Origin: Eutreptiella sp. 'Long Island Sound 2002'
Lineage: Eukaryota; Protista; Euglenida
Length of the DNA: 64,000 bases
Assembly (NCBI GenBank): GCA_964036045.1
Contig: OZ038378.1
Span: 141,856,001 to 141,920,000, forward strand
Reading direction: 5' to 3'
This document shows positions 10,931 to 22,715 of this stretch, in pieces. The translations under genes were made by a program, and so were the position numbers. The notes beneath the pieces are model-generated. The model had not been told where the DNA came from. It did no database searches and saw only the letters and a program-made list of their open reading frames with translations. How positions within the stretch are numbered: position 1 is the stretch's first letter; every line of letters starts with the position of its first letter.

Positions 10931-12034
10931 ATGTCCTGTCATATCGCATTGACTGTGCCTTTAATTTGGACACTTTCCTCGTATGTGACAGTAACCTGCG
11001 GTCAAATATGCGACCATGAGCGTTACGGATCGCCCCAGGAAGTACCTTTTCTGAGTGCTCCCCGTCTTACTTCAGTCCCTGAGCACCCGGACAATTATTT
11101 AAGTACGGGGTTGTACTTAGTAAACCCTTTGGCACCAGAGACCATTTACCCTCACGGAGATTTGCGCATCCAAGCGTTTGCAACAAGCCATCGCCTCTAC
11201 ATCAACATGCAGATACCAGGACCATACCATTGCAGCGCGCAGGAGTTTGAGGCTTGCCCAGCGGTAGCAATGATGTTCCAGGTGGGGGACAACGCCACAT
11301 TTTGGGACATGGGTGGTTGTCCACCCGCAAAGGAATGTGACCCTGCTGCGTGTGAAGGCCATGAACTAGACGTCGTGCAGTTCAGAATTGGTGGCACCAT
11401 TCCCGGGCGCCTGTATCGTCCCCAGGACGTTGTTGGCAGCAATACCACCCAAACCCACGCCGTCTGGGACATGCATGCCACCAGCACCTTTTGCATCCGC
11501 ACCGACACCGCTGCCCCTGCCTCGGGGGATTGGATGGCCTCGTGGAGACACTCAAGCCTGCCTTCCCAGTTTCCTCATTTTGTGGAGGCTGGTGACCCGT
11601 TTGGGTCTGCAAATGAGGCAGGAATGTACAGCTTTACGCTGCACCGGGCGCTGCTGACAGAGGGCAAGGCTCGTGAGGACGTTCAATTTCATGCACAACG
11701 TGTATACCTCTTTGGGGTTGCATACTGGTACCCTGCTGGGGGGCGGCCATGGAAGCCTTGGGTGCATCATGCCACTTGTGGTTGGCTGGCATTGCGCGTG
11801 CGGCCCCAGCACGTGGAATCAACTACCCTTACGTTGCCCCGACTGGCCTGGGCGTTGAGTGCAGCATTGCCTGTTGTATCCATCGTCACAAGTATTACCT
11901 TGTACCTGTTTATGAGGACATGGCTCCACCATATGAAACGGAGGGAAAGGTCTGGGTTGCTGGACGAAGGCCAGGCCCATGACAGGGGTCGCGTTGCAGG
12001 ATTGAAGTTGGGCATATCCTCCACTCCACACTGA
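10931..12034 (+). CDS. Type I membrane protein with EB_dh/DOMON-like (putative heme b-binding) ectodomain, 367 aa
   Basis: Hydrophobic N-terminus; DLRIQAFAT..LYINMQ, AVAMMF, LDVVQF, YSFTLHRALLT, DVQF..YLFGVAYW..HH pattern of EB_dh-like domains; C-terminal TM (LAWALSAALPVVSIVTSITLYLF). AG at 10919-10920, 10 nt before the ATG, fits a trans-splice acceptor. Confidence 0.7.
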   Translation: MSCHIALTVPLIWTLSSYVTVTCGQICDHERYGSPQEVPFLSAPRLTSVPEHPDNYLSTGLYLVNPLAPETIYPHGDLRIQAFATSHRLYINMQIPGPYHCSAQEFEACPAVAMMFQVGDNATFWDMGGCPPAKECDPAACEGHELDVVQFRIGGTIPGRLYRPQDVVGSNTTQTHAVWDMHATSTFCIRTDTAAPASGDWMASWRHSSLPSQFPHFVEAGDPFGSANEAGMYSFTLHRALLTEGKAREDVQFHAQRVYLFGVAYWYPAGGRPWKPWVHHATCGWLALRVRPQHVESTTLTLPRLAWALSAALPVVSIVTSITLYLFMRTWLHHMKRRERSGLLDEGQAHDRGRVAGLKLGISSTPH

Positions 12035-14479
12035 CAGTGTGGCTCCTGCTGATCTACCGACATAAGAATTGGGTGAATCGTACTGAGTGATGCATCAGAT
12101 GTTGGTTACCAAGAGTTGTTGAGGGTTGTTTAGGGTGGTTGGCCGCACTTCCCTTCCCTGCTTGAGTGCTTTTCGTCATCAGCCAACAAAAACATCCGAT
12201 TTCGCTCCCCACCCCAACTCTCCCCCAGAGCTGGCCTCCACCAAGAGGGAGATGACACAAAACACATGGCACTGCACAATGGTGGTACTCCGCGCTAACC
12301 GACCAGCCTTCATGGAAACCCCGTCCCCACACCCCTAGAACTGACCACAGCAAGCAAGCAGCGCACACCAAAGACACAGCACTGGGCACCTAACCGATCA
12401 GCCTTCATGCAACCCACCTCCCTTGAATGACAACAATTGACATTGAGCAGGTGATTTTTTTTATGAAGAAATCCAGACGCAGTTCAGGGCGCATAGCATG
12501 CAGATTCAGGCAGGTGGCACATCTCACCCCCAATCCACCACCCCGGAATGTTTCTCATGGAGAGGCATATACGGGCACTCATGTAGGGAAGGGCTCAAGC
12601 TATGTAGATCTGCGCTGTTGACTCAGTGTCATGTCTTCATCGGAACTTCAACGGAAAAAAGGTGCTCAGTGCTTAAAACCCATCAGACAACAGCGACGCA
12701 AATCTGGGGAGCGAATTTTCCAGACAACAGGTTTTCCTGCCATTCCTTCCCCCCCATGAGACAACCACCAGACGAAACCAACGCCATGCCCTTTCAGTCA
12801 CCAAGTGGTGACTGTTTCATTTCTCAAGCAGTAGAACCAATTTTCTCTCTTGTTCAGGTTCGGTCAGGTCTCTCAAAACACGAATCTTTAAGTGCAGCAA
12901 CAGGCCAACGCCCTGCCTCCATCTGCCCTGCATTCACGGCCCCGTTGTGCAGTGTTGAGGTCGGAAGAAGTTGGAGAGCCCGAGAGACAGCATGATACCC
13001 TGGGGGGGGGGGGATTACAGGGTAATTTAGAATTTCTGTGTCACGCGCGACATTTTTGCGCAATTGGTTCGCGCCAGAATTTGTAGATTCGGATTTTCCT
13101 AGACATGGAAACCCCCCCCCCCCAGGTATTAGGGACGGGCCTGCTTGGGCTGAGGGCGGACCTGGGTTCTGTACGTTCCTTTTCATGCATTTTCCTGGAG
13201 TTAGGGACCCTCTCAATGAGTGCCAACGCTGCTGCTGATCAGGAAATGTGGCACAATCTCAAGGATGGTGGCATTTGTCCCAGGCCGGGGTTTCCGAACA
13301 CAGCTTTGCCCGGACACAAGCCCCTCGCCTTTTGTTAGACTTATGTCCGAGATGAACTGCCTTTTTATGAAAACGATCGACCGACCACTTTGAGGTTGCA
13401 CAGCACATCCCCAAATCCTGCGCTATGTTGCTCCTCCCTCCCTCCCTCCTGCGTTTGCAGTAGACCTTCACCTGTTCCAGGTGCAGTGTGGCATTGCAGC
13501 ATTGCATTTCAAGTCCAACACTGTCTAGTGGCTCAGCCCTGGCTGCCTCAGCTTCATGGCCGCTTTGATGTGGTATTAGCTGCTCCATTTCCCAATATTC
13601 CGTTTGCAGGCCCTGTCGGACCCTCTCGTTGTGAGGTTGCAGAGGAGGGTTTAGGACACGCAATTTGGTTTCCCCCTCGACAGCCAAGTGCTGACAACTG
13701 CATTTTCAAAGTTGTGAACGCTTGTCCAAGAGAGGCATATTAAACCCCATCACCGTAATCCTACGGGGTTCATTCGACAGCTAGGTGCTGCATTGGGCAG
13801 CGCCCATGAAATCCAGAAAACTGCGAGATGTGATGACATGCACTAGCTAGGGAGCTAGGGAGTCCTTCCCCATTGTGGCCTGCACAACAAGCCAGCCAAA
13901 AGACCGACCGCTGCATGGATGCCAGTAGAAGACAGTGGGTGGCATCCTCCGTACTTGCCCGATATCTCGGAAAGCTGCGTAAGCACTCAGCTATAATGGC
14001 TAGCTTTCTGGTGACAGAGACAGCCCACCTGAGCCTTCTCCTTTCCTTTTCCGCCACTCTTGCGCTGAAGTTTGCGAGCAACACTTCGACAGTCCTGACC
14101 TGGAACTCAAACAGCCGGCACAACACTTCTCCCCACGAGCTGCATACTTTTGTGGAGGCACCGGTGTGTCTTCTTGGACTCATTCATTGCCCCAACGACT
14201 GTCGCTTCAATTTTTCTGAGCTGGGGGCTGATTTCTAGCCCCTGCAACTGCATCACCCTCTTGTGAAACTCCTTCTTGTTGTCAAGCCAGAGGTCGACGA
14301 GGTGCTTAGGTGCTACGACTTGTTTCAGCTTCAATGCCTGAGAGATGGCAAAACGGGGGAAGTAAGGAAGCAGAAGTGGCAGCATCGAGGACCAAAAGGG
14401 GGGGCAACACAAGGACCACAGAAAAACGAAAGCAGAAGAAAGAACCTAAGACTCCACAGATTTGGGAAGGCACCTCCCA

Positions 14480-15300
14480 AATTTGCGCCCACGCCATGGG
14501 GATGAACAGCGTAGCCGTCCACGAGGTTGTGCATACGGTCCACATGACGCTCGACATGGCGCACCTTCGTGGGCAGGTGGTGGATGTGCTCATCACCGAC
14601 CTGGCCAAATACTTCTACATCATAGCCCGGGTTGTCCACCCGGTGGGCAGCCACATAGGCCTGGGCACCAAGGACCACCTCTTCACCTACACGGAGGGGT
14701 ACAAGTAGACAATGCTGATGGGCCCCTATAGAGTCGGATGCTGGAGCAGCTGCTGGGCATCCCCTAGGGCACAATACAGGGTGTGCATGTGGGGGCCACG
14801 GCGGCTATCCCCTTCATCAAATACATGGGCATGACCTATGGGGCGCACATGCCCCCCCCCCCAATGGCCCATCCTATGATGATGTGGGTGGATGACACCA
14901 TCACATTCTTCGCCTTGTGAGAGGACCAACCCATACAAGGGGTCCTCATGGACCAACGCACCTATTGCCAAGGGGTGCCGCGGCTCTCAATCCGGATAAG
15001 AAAGTCCAGTACGGCTCCACTAGGGACCTGCAGCCCCTACGATCCACGGCCCCGGCAGTTGATGCACACGTGGGGTGCACTTGGGTCACTGAAACCCGGG
15101 AGGCCAAGGAAAGGGCCTTACAACACTCGAAAGAGCTCCCGCTGGCCGTGGTCCTGCGGGACATGGGCACCGATATCTACCTCCAAGGGAGGCCCACGAC
15201 CCCGCGCAACATGTGGGCCATCAAGGTGGAGATATAAGGCCAATCGAAACCCAAGTGCATGGCCCCCAATGCGGTGATGATGGTCTTGGAGGCGCGTCAA
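14480..15300 (+). mobile_element. Degenerate non-LTR retrotransposon RT fragment
   Basis: Across stops and frameshifts: VLITDLAKYF (D..KAFD motif), GIP*GTIQG (QG motif), MMWVDD at 14885-14896 (catalytic motif), LRDMGTDIYL. Confidence 0.7.
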
Positions 15301-16329
15301 TGGCTTGCTGGACTATTGCGCACACCCATAGTGCGCAGCTAGAAACATATCACATGCATCTCCCGCCACACCTACACGGAGTCGCCGTAGGACCCGTGTA
15401 TATGTGTACCCTGGGGTTGCACGGGGTGCACAATCAAAGATTGGTTCCACCGACGCCGCGGAGCCCTGCAGACGCTGCTTAAGGCACCAACTGCCCGCTA
15501 GTAACTAGCGCCCAATGACTAGGCGCCAGGCCGTTATGCCCCATGCAAGTCCACGGTAGTCATGGGAGGCTAGGAGGCAAAAAACCGGTCGTGGAAAGGG
15601 GCTCCAAGGGCCACCAGCTTATTTCCTCAATACAAAGGCCTAAAATCTTGCCACCAGTGATTTCAAGGGGGGCTGGCAGTGCGTGTTCACAAGGCACACA
15701 CACACACACACACCCCGTTCTGGTTGCCAGATATGCCGGAATGTGCCAAAACAATATGCCGGAACATTGCGATTCTGTGAGGCTCGATGTTCTTCAGTGA
15801 AAACACTTACCTTTGGTATTTTACTCTTGTTGCATGGGGGCCTTTTACTTGGGGAGGGGGGGGGGTTGTGGAGATTTGAAATATTCAAGAAAAATATGGA
15901 AAAAAGAGAGCCGGCCTTTGGAGCCCCTGCAGGAGGGGGGTAGGAAAAGGGGCACCAAGGGCCCCCACTCCCCCAACTAAATTTTCCGGGAGCCCTAGAT
16001 ACCTTCCAAAACATGCTTTTTTTTTAACTCACCACCCTCAAAATAGGGGGGAGGGTAACCCCCCCCCCCGTGCCCAGAGCCAAGAGTGGGAGAGGGATGA
16101 GCGGACCCAAACTAGCCTAGGAAACATTCGATAGCCTGCTGGTGAATTGAGGGCAACATTCAGTAGTGGATTGGAAGTGATGCAGTGCCGCAGAAAATTG
16201 ATGAGCAGTGCCTGGTCGCATGTGACACGGGGGAGTTCGGTAGCTAAGTATTCGTTGCTTCATGGCCCAAAGCCCACCCGGTAGTGTGTGTGGTGGGGGG
16301 GTTGGAAATACTATTGCCATATTACGACA

Positions 16330-16920
16330 CCGCTCTCCCCTTAAATCTAGCTAGCAAGCTAGCAAGCAAGCAAAAAGCACGTCATCATTCCGTTTCGGCC
16401 ATCACTCCGTCCGAACGCTTTGGGTCCTTTGCTGATCTAGCATCCTAGAGCCTAGGTGGTGCCCTTGCCAAATCCAAGTTTTGAGCCAAAAAGTGAACCA
16501 TGGCGACTTAGGGCGGGGGGCACCAAGTCGGGAGGTGCCCTCCCAAATCCGCGCCATTTTGAGCCAAAAACAGCCTTTTTTCTGGCTGAAAACGGCCCTA
16601 GAACCCATTCAAAACGGCCAAACTAATGGAAATGGTTGCTACACTCCACATTCAACTTGATTTCCCCGTGACAAAGAGCCTCTTGTTGCCTTCTAACTCC
16701 ACGGTATGTCCGATTAGCGGCCCAAAAATGGCAAAAAATTGGCCTGGAATGTGCGCAATTTGTGTCATCCACAACACCAAAAAGGGGCTGTATCTTGGGC
16801 TACGGGGCTCAAATGAGGCCTCCGAGGGCACCTAGTCCACCTGCAACCCCCACTTTTTGTGGTTTCCAAGCCTTAGAATTGCCCAACGAGATCCCTAGAC
16901 CCTCGTACCAGTGGACACTT
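16330..16920 (+). repeat. Dispersed repeat module D, copy 1
   Basis: Colinear similarity to 18500-19107 (ctctccccttaaatctagc, ccttgccaaatccaag, gtgacaaagagcc, gcacctagtccacc..cacttgg). Confidence 0.85.
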
Positions 16921-16963
16921 GGGGGCGCACTTAGCGCAGTGCGCGCGCAGTGCAGGCGCACTG

Positions 16964-17210
16964 CAACTATTTGGGCCTGTGGCCGTACTAGAGACCCATA
17001 CTTTGTGGTACTAGGGGGGCATCATTGTTGTTTGAGGGTAGGTTTTGATACTTCTTCCACATTGGGGACATGGCATTTTTGGATTTTCACCTAGTTTCAC
17101 CCATTTCCATCCTTTTTCACACTTTTTTGCTCATTCCTGCCACATCCACTCTTACCTAGGTTGATGTCTCCCCACAGATGTATCCATGTTGTTTCCCCCC
17201 CATCATGGTG
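16964..17210 (+). repeat. Dispersed repeat module B, copy 1
   Basis: Similar to 58397-58625 (caactatttgg, cccatactttgtg, cacatccactc..taggttgat). Confidence 0.8.
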
Positions 17211-17689
17211 AACCCGAGCATGCACGGCTGATGTTGGACCTCAGTATCATGATCAAGGCCGAGGGACAATCCAGCATCCTCTCCAAGTGCTGTATCACGT
17301 CCAAGTACTATAATTGAAGGTGACCTCACGTGCTTGATCAATGCCAAGGATCCTTCGTGCTAGCCAAGACGTACCATGCCGTCATCCCGAAACGGTCGGC
17401 AGCGGGGCTATGCTAGACGGCCATACCCAGCACCCCCGGGTCCATCCTCCCACCCCCATTCGTGGAAGATGGACCACCTCCCGCCCCCACTGAAGGAGGT
17501 CTCCCGGGATCTACACTGGGACATGCTCCTGAGGCAGGGGTGACAGAAGAGCGTTTGGAAGGGGTGTGCTTGGGGACTCTGCAGGGGGTACCTAGTCTAA
17601 AAAGTAGCACGCAGTGTGCACGCAGTGCAAGGGCTCCCCCCTTGGTGGAGCTAGAGGGCAGTGGCTCAAACTGGCCGGGGCCCAACATG

Positions 17690-18050
17690 GGTCCGCTAGG
17701 GTCCCCGGGGAGAAAATATTCGATTTTCACAACATTTTTCCAAGAGCACTTGGGATGCTCAAACAATTGTTTCTAGCGATTTGAGCACATGTTGGCCCCG
17801 TTTGCCCCCCCCCCCCCAAAAAAAATCCCAAAATGCCTTGAAAATGGGCCGCTCTGGGACCAAAAATGGGTCAAAAACGCGTTTTTCCAATTTGATCTTG
17901 GAGCATTTTGGGTCCACAAACAAATGAAAAGTGTCCATTTTGAGCCAATTTTGAGCCATTTCCGCCTCTCTAGTGTCCCAAAAAGCCTTGAAAATGAGCC
18001 ATTGTGGGACCAAAAGCGTCTTGTAGAATAGGAGCATTTGGGCACACGAA
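17690..18050 (+). repeat. Dispersed repeat module E, copy 1
   Basis: Similar to 19915-20180 (gggtccc.gggg, ttgggatgctcaa, aaaatcccaaaatgccttgaaaat, tgggaccaaaaatgggtcaaaaa). Confidence 0.85.
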
Positions 18051-18496
18051 GGTGTGGGCCAGGCTAAAAAAAGGGTTTGTCATCACCATAATAGGGTCTT
18101 AACCAAATAACTCAAAGTAGCAAAATATGCAAGGTTTGGCCAAAAAATGGTAAGGTAGGTAGTGTTGGGCCTTCCCTTCCCCCTAGCAGAGCAAAAGGGT
18201 TGAGAATGGAAGCAAAGAGAGGTATTAATGTCATTGGGTTGGGGTTTTTTTGGGTTTTGTGAGGTGAAGCGAGCTATTGTTAGGATTTTGAGGCTATTTT
18301 GAGGGCTGATATCACTCGGTAAGTACACCGTAGTTTTAGCCATTTTTTGCCCTTGCACAGCCCAGCTAGTGTCTTGTTGGGCTCCGAAACCTGTTTTTTT
18401 TTAATTTCTCGACCCAAAAAAATAAGGGGGGGGGTCCTTGACCCCCGACCAAACCCCAGGTGGTGGTGGGAGGTTTACACGTCATGCCATATATTA

Positions 18497-20273
18497 CTAC
18501 ACCCCTCTCCCCTTAAATCTAGCTAACAAGCAAGCAAGCAAGCAACAAGCAAGCAACAAGCAAGCACTTCTCCTTTCCGTTTTGGCTATTGCTTCGCCTC
18601 ATCGCTACGGGCTCTACTCTACTCTAGCCACCCTACAGCCGAGGTGGTGGCCTTGCCAAATCCAAGTTCTGAGCCAAAAACCCACCGGCCCCGGGGCGGG
18701 GGTGGCAAGTTGGGAGGGGCCCTCCCAACACTACGCATTTTTGTGCCCCAAAACAGACTTTCGGGGCTTAAAACGGCCCCAAACCCTAGTCAAAACAGAC
18801 AAACAAAGGGAAACGGTGGCTACATTCCATGTGCGCCTTGATTGCCCAGTGACAAAGAGCCCTTTCTTGCCCTCTAACTCCACGATATGTCCGAGAAATG
18901 GCCCAAAAATGGCCAAAAATGGCCCAGAATGTGCGCAGTTTGCGTCAAACAACCCCAAAACCAAGAACGGGCCGTATCTTGGGCTACGTGGCTCAAATCT
19001 GAATTCGGATGGCACCTAGTCCACCCGCAACCCCCCACTTTTTGTGGTTTCCAAACCTCAGAATCGCCCAACGAGACGCCTAGACCCCCGTGCCATGGTC
19101 ACTTGGCCAGACATGTGGTTACAGCCGTGCACAAGGGTGGGGCTTTGCCGTGCGCAACCGTACATCCTCTTCAAATGTACCCGTGCGCAACCGTGCGCTG
19201 TCTTGTACTCCAGCCGTGCGCAACTGTGCGACCAATTTTTGACCGCAAATTTTGACTGGAAAGCACGGCAGGGGGGGGGGGGCGCCGGCACCGGACCCTT
19301 TACGCCGACCCTCCCCCCCCCTCTCCCTGCTGGTTTTTGGCTGGGAAGTGCCAGGCCATGGGCGCCAAAGGCGCCTGAACGAAATTTTGCTTGAACTAGT
19401 AGAGCGTGAAAAAATGGGTTTTCAGCCCATATGTCTATACTCAAAATACTCAGTTTTTTCAGGAGACCCCAATAATGGATGAAGACCAATATCGACCAAA
19501 TATCAATACCACCCCTGTACAGAGGACCATCAGAGATGGCCCATACCCTGGTGGGTAAAGCACTGCCTCTGCAACAGTGCAGGCAATTTGCAGAAATCTG
19601 GCTGGATCGGTAAGGCCATGGAACAATTTTTCTCTTGTTTATTTTTGTTTTCTTTGTGCTTTGATTGTGTCCCCTTTGTTGAGGATCCCCGAGAATGCAG
19701 CGGTGACGTAGCATTTCCGCCCACTTGTGGGCCCGGTTGAAGTGCTGCTCAACCGTGCGCAAGCGTGCGCCACCTTCCGATCTCGCCGTGCGCAACTGTG
19801 CATATCCGGAGAAATTAGCCATGCGCAACCGTACACGCACGGCTGTAACCACATGTCTGCACTTGGCGGAGCCATAGGGCAGCCCGGGCCGCGCACGGTG
19901 GGGGCCATCGGTGGGTCCACCAGGGTCCCTGGGGCGAAAAATTGTTTTTCCAAAAGTAATCCTGGACCATTTGGGATGCTCAATCAGGTGTTTTTAGCCC
20001 GTTTTGAGCCTGTGGTGATGCGTTTTGGCCCATGGAAAATCCCAAAATGCCTTGAAAATTTGCCGTTTTGGGACCAAAAATGGGTCAAAAATGGGTCAAA
20101 ATTTTTTTTTTACAAAAATGATCGTGAACTGTTTGGGGTGCACAAACAAGTGTTTTTAGCCCATTTTGAACCCGTTTAGCCCCTTCCGCCACAGGTATGC
20201 ACCAAGTGGCACACTTCGCACGTACCTTAGAGCCATATTGTGGAGGCACCTAGAGTTGGGGAGAGGGGTGTAG
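18497..20273. mobile_element. Candidate non-autonomous TIR element (modules D+E) carrying a nested MITE
   Basis: Perfect 16-bp inverted repeats CTACACCCCTCTCCCC (18497-18512) and GGGGAGAGGGGTGTAG (20258-20273); ATTA flanks both ends. Confidence 0.5.
19108..19859. mobile_element. hAT-type MITE (752 bp)
   Basis: Perfect 23-bp TIRs CAGACATGTGGTTACAGCCGTGC; 8-bp TSD CACTTGGC at 19100-19107 and 19860-19867; several subterminal CCGTGCGCAA motifs at both ends; no transposase. Confidence 0.88.
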
Positions 20274-20281
20274 ATTAGAGG

Positions 20282-21174
20282 ATCTCTCTCTCTCTCTCTC
20301 TCTCTCTCGGGATCATTCAGAGTGTGCCAACACGGTGGGTTTTGGCACTTTTCCTGGGTTTGATGAACTTTTGGTCCAATGTGCCCAAATTTTGTCCCGT
20401 TGGGGGGGTAATGTGTATACTTTTTGAAATCTGTGACAAAAAAGAGGCCGTTTCGGAAATGTATGGGTTGGGGGGGGGGGGTAGATGATCACATTTTTGA
20501 GCAAATGGGGCTGCAAAGTGGGCGATGCGCAAGACAGGGCAATGCTCGAGGGACCACAGATTACTCTCAATCCGAATCTAGTGTATTTATGCCACTGTGC
20601 ATGCTTGACATTTTTCTCCAAATCAACGTCAATGCATTGGGCCAGAAACTCGTGCTGCAAAGCCTTCGTGGGGTGAACTTTACGATCCCAAAATTGACTT
20701 GCAAAAGAAGCGGCCTCGCTGGTGGTCAAAATCTGGTGTTCCTGGTGGGTGCACGCAGGTTGCTGTGATCCGGCTGCACGAGGCCTTTTTGCATTGCTAG
20801 GGGAGGTGTGATAAGTGACACGCACCCAGTTTGCCCCGCCAGAGCGTGCCCGTTTCCGAACCAAGGGTTGTTGTGGTGCATCTGGGGATGCAACAACGCG
20901 GGGTGTGAATTTGTATGCGGACATGGTAGCTGCCTGTTGACAAAACGAGGCAGTGAGCAACACAGGCATCGTCCAAAACGGACGAAAATCTTAGACATAT
21001 CGCCAGTACAGCATGCAAACCTGGGGTGTTCCGAATAGTCCTTTTCAAGGGCTTTCCGAATATACCCCACATACCCCCCCCCCCCCCCCCCGGAACACTC
21101 AGTGGGCACAAATGAGTCAACAATGGCACCGACCCCTGAAAACCCACCGAGTTGGCGCAACGGTCGATGATGCC

Positions 21175-21221
<47 letters not shown>
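20282..21221. mobile_element. Fold-back element whose inverted termini begin with (TC)n/(GA)n
   Basis: (TC)n at 20283-20308 and (GA)n at 21181-21220 face each other and continue into imperfect ~40-bp inverted repeats (TCGG.ATCAT..GCCAAC.CGGTGGGTTTT). Confidence 0.6.
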
Positions 21222-21222
<1 letters not shown>

Positions 21223-21496
21223 TGAATGAATATCGTCATCTTGGGATGTATGCCAGAAGAGGGAGTCTGACAAAATGTAGAAGAGCAAAGGCCACACAAA
21301 ATGCACACTTGGAGTGAGGTGCGAAAGTCGTGACTTGTGGCCAATCCTCTGGATCTCGTGGTGAACCTCTGACGCTCCCCCTCAAGCGTGCTGGGGAGGG
21401 CGCAGGGCAGACGCCTCCCCTTTCCTCAGGCGGTATGTCGTGAGGCGAAGCCACCGGCCGTCGCACACATGGCATAGCACTGCATCAGCCCGTCTC

Positions 21497-22160
21497 ATGC
21501 TCCGATGCCTGCTCATCTCCGCCATGGTCCTGTTGATCACCTCCGCCACATACGAACATCTGCCGGGCAGGGCCTGCCCCGACCGCCACGAAGTGTTCTC
21601 CCGCGTTGACGTAGCGCTGGACGCGTGTCGCGATCTGTGCACAGATCAGCGCAACTGCCTGTCGTTCGCGTGGCGCCGCGCCGATGGCGCCTGCCACGCG
21701 TCCTCGTCCTGCACCGCCTCTCGGTCTGTAGTCGACCCCACCTTCGATCTGCACGTCAAACGAGTGCAGATCGATTGGGCGGTGGTCCCGGATTCCGCTT
21801 GCGTTGACCACAGCGAGACCACGGCGACCCGGCAGCCGAGCGCGGAGCAGTGCCGGGGGTTATGTGAGGCCGACGGGGACTGCGTGTCCTACGGATGGCA
21901 GGACCACACGAAGACGTGCCGCCCGTCGCACACGTGCGCCTTTGCCGCGGATGCCGTTGAGGCGCCCGGGTGGGTGCTGGGCCTCAAGGAGGTGCGGTAC
22001 GCCGAGGACTGCCTCTTGGGGCCCTGGAGCTACGCGCCGTGCTCCGCCCTGTGCGGCGCGGGGACCACCACGCGCACGCGGCCGGTGCTGGTACCGGCGG
22101 CGAACGGCGGCACGTGCGGCGCGACGCGAGAGGCCGTGGGCTGCACTGGGCCCTGTGCAG
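21497..22160 (+). CDS. Giant receptor-ADP-ribosyltransferase, exon 1: signal peptide, 2x PAN/apple-like, TSP1
   Basis: MLRCLLISAMVLLITSAT signal; two C..C..C..C PAN-like modules; CLLGPWSYAPCSALCGAGTTTRTR (TSP1). Donor GCAG|GTATTT, phase 1. Confidence 0.88.
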
Positions 22161-22715
22161 GTATTTGGATTGCATGGTCGGCTCTGGGGCCTTGAGCCCC
22201 ACGTTTTCACGGTTGTGAGCCAACTGCCCTTCCCCGTGCCCCCGCCCAAAGTCCCCCCGCCCTTCACGCGTTCCTTTGTCCTGCCCCACTACCGTTCCCT
22301 GCCACTTGCTTCGCCATTCCGCCTGGATAGGGCCTCTATCTTGCCTTTGTGGCCGTAGCAGGCGATCGCCAACGCACAGCCCCGAGATTGCACCTCAACA
22401 AGGGACGCGCACCTGGACAATGACCGTATGGTGCCCTCCCCCCCTCCCCCTTCAAGACGGGGCACAACCGATGGAGCGCGCGCGCGCATTGGAAGTGGCC
22501 ATATTCTGGGCACCCCGGGCCGGTGCGCGAACCGTGGCGCGCGCGCGCTTTGGGAACGAGCCTCTTTTTCACCCCCAGGCACGACGCCCAAGCGATGGGG
22601 CGCGTGCACACCGCAGGATGGGTAGTCACACTGTAGCCATGTCCCCCACTGTCATGGGGCGTCCGGGAGGTATTCCCGGGCACTCCGCCTTCCCGGCCCA
22701 TATCATTGTGCCCAG

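Noticed and set aside
11047-11057. Partial SL-like TTTCTGAGTG
   Set aside because: Only about 10 nt, inside a coding frame; chance match.
12995-13129. Small fold-back bounded by G12 and C12 runs
   Set aside because: The inverted match is mostly homopolymer and there is no TSD.
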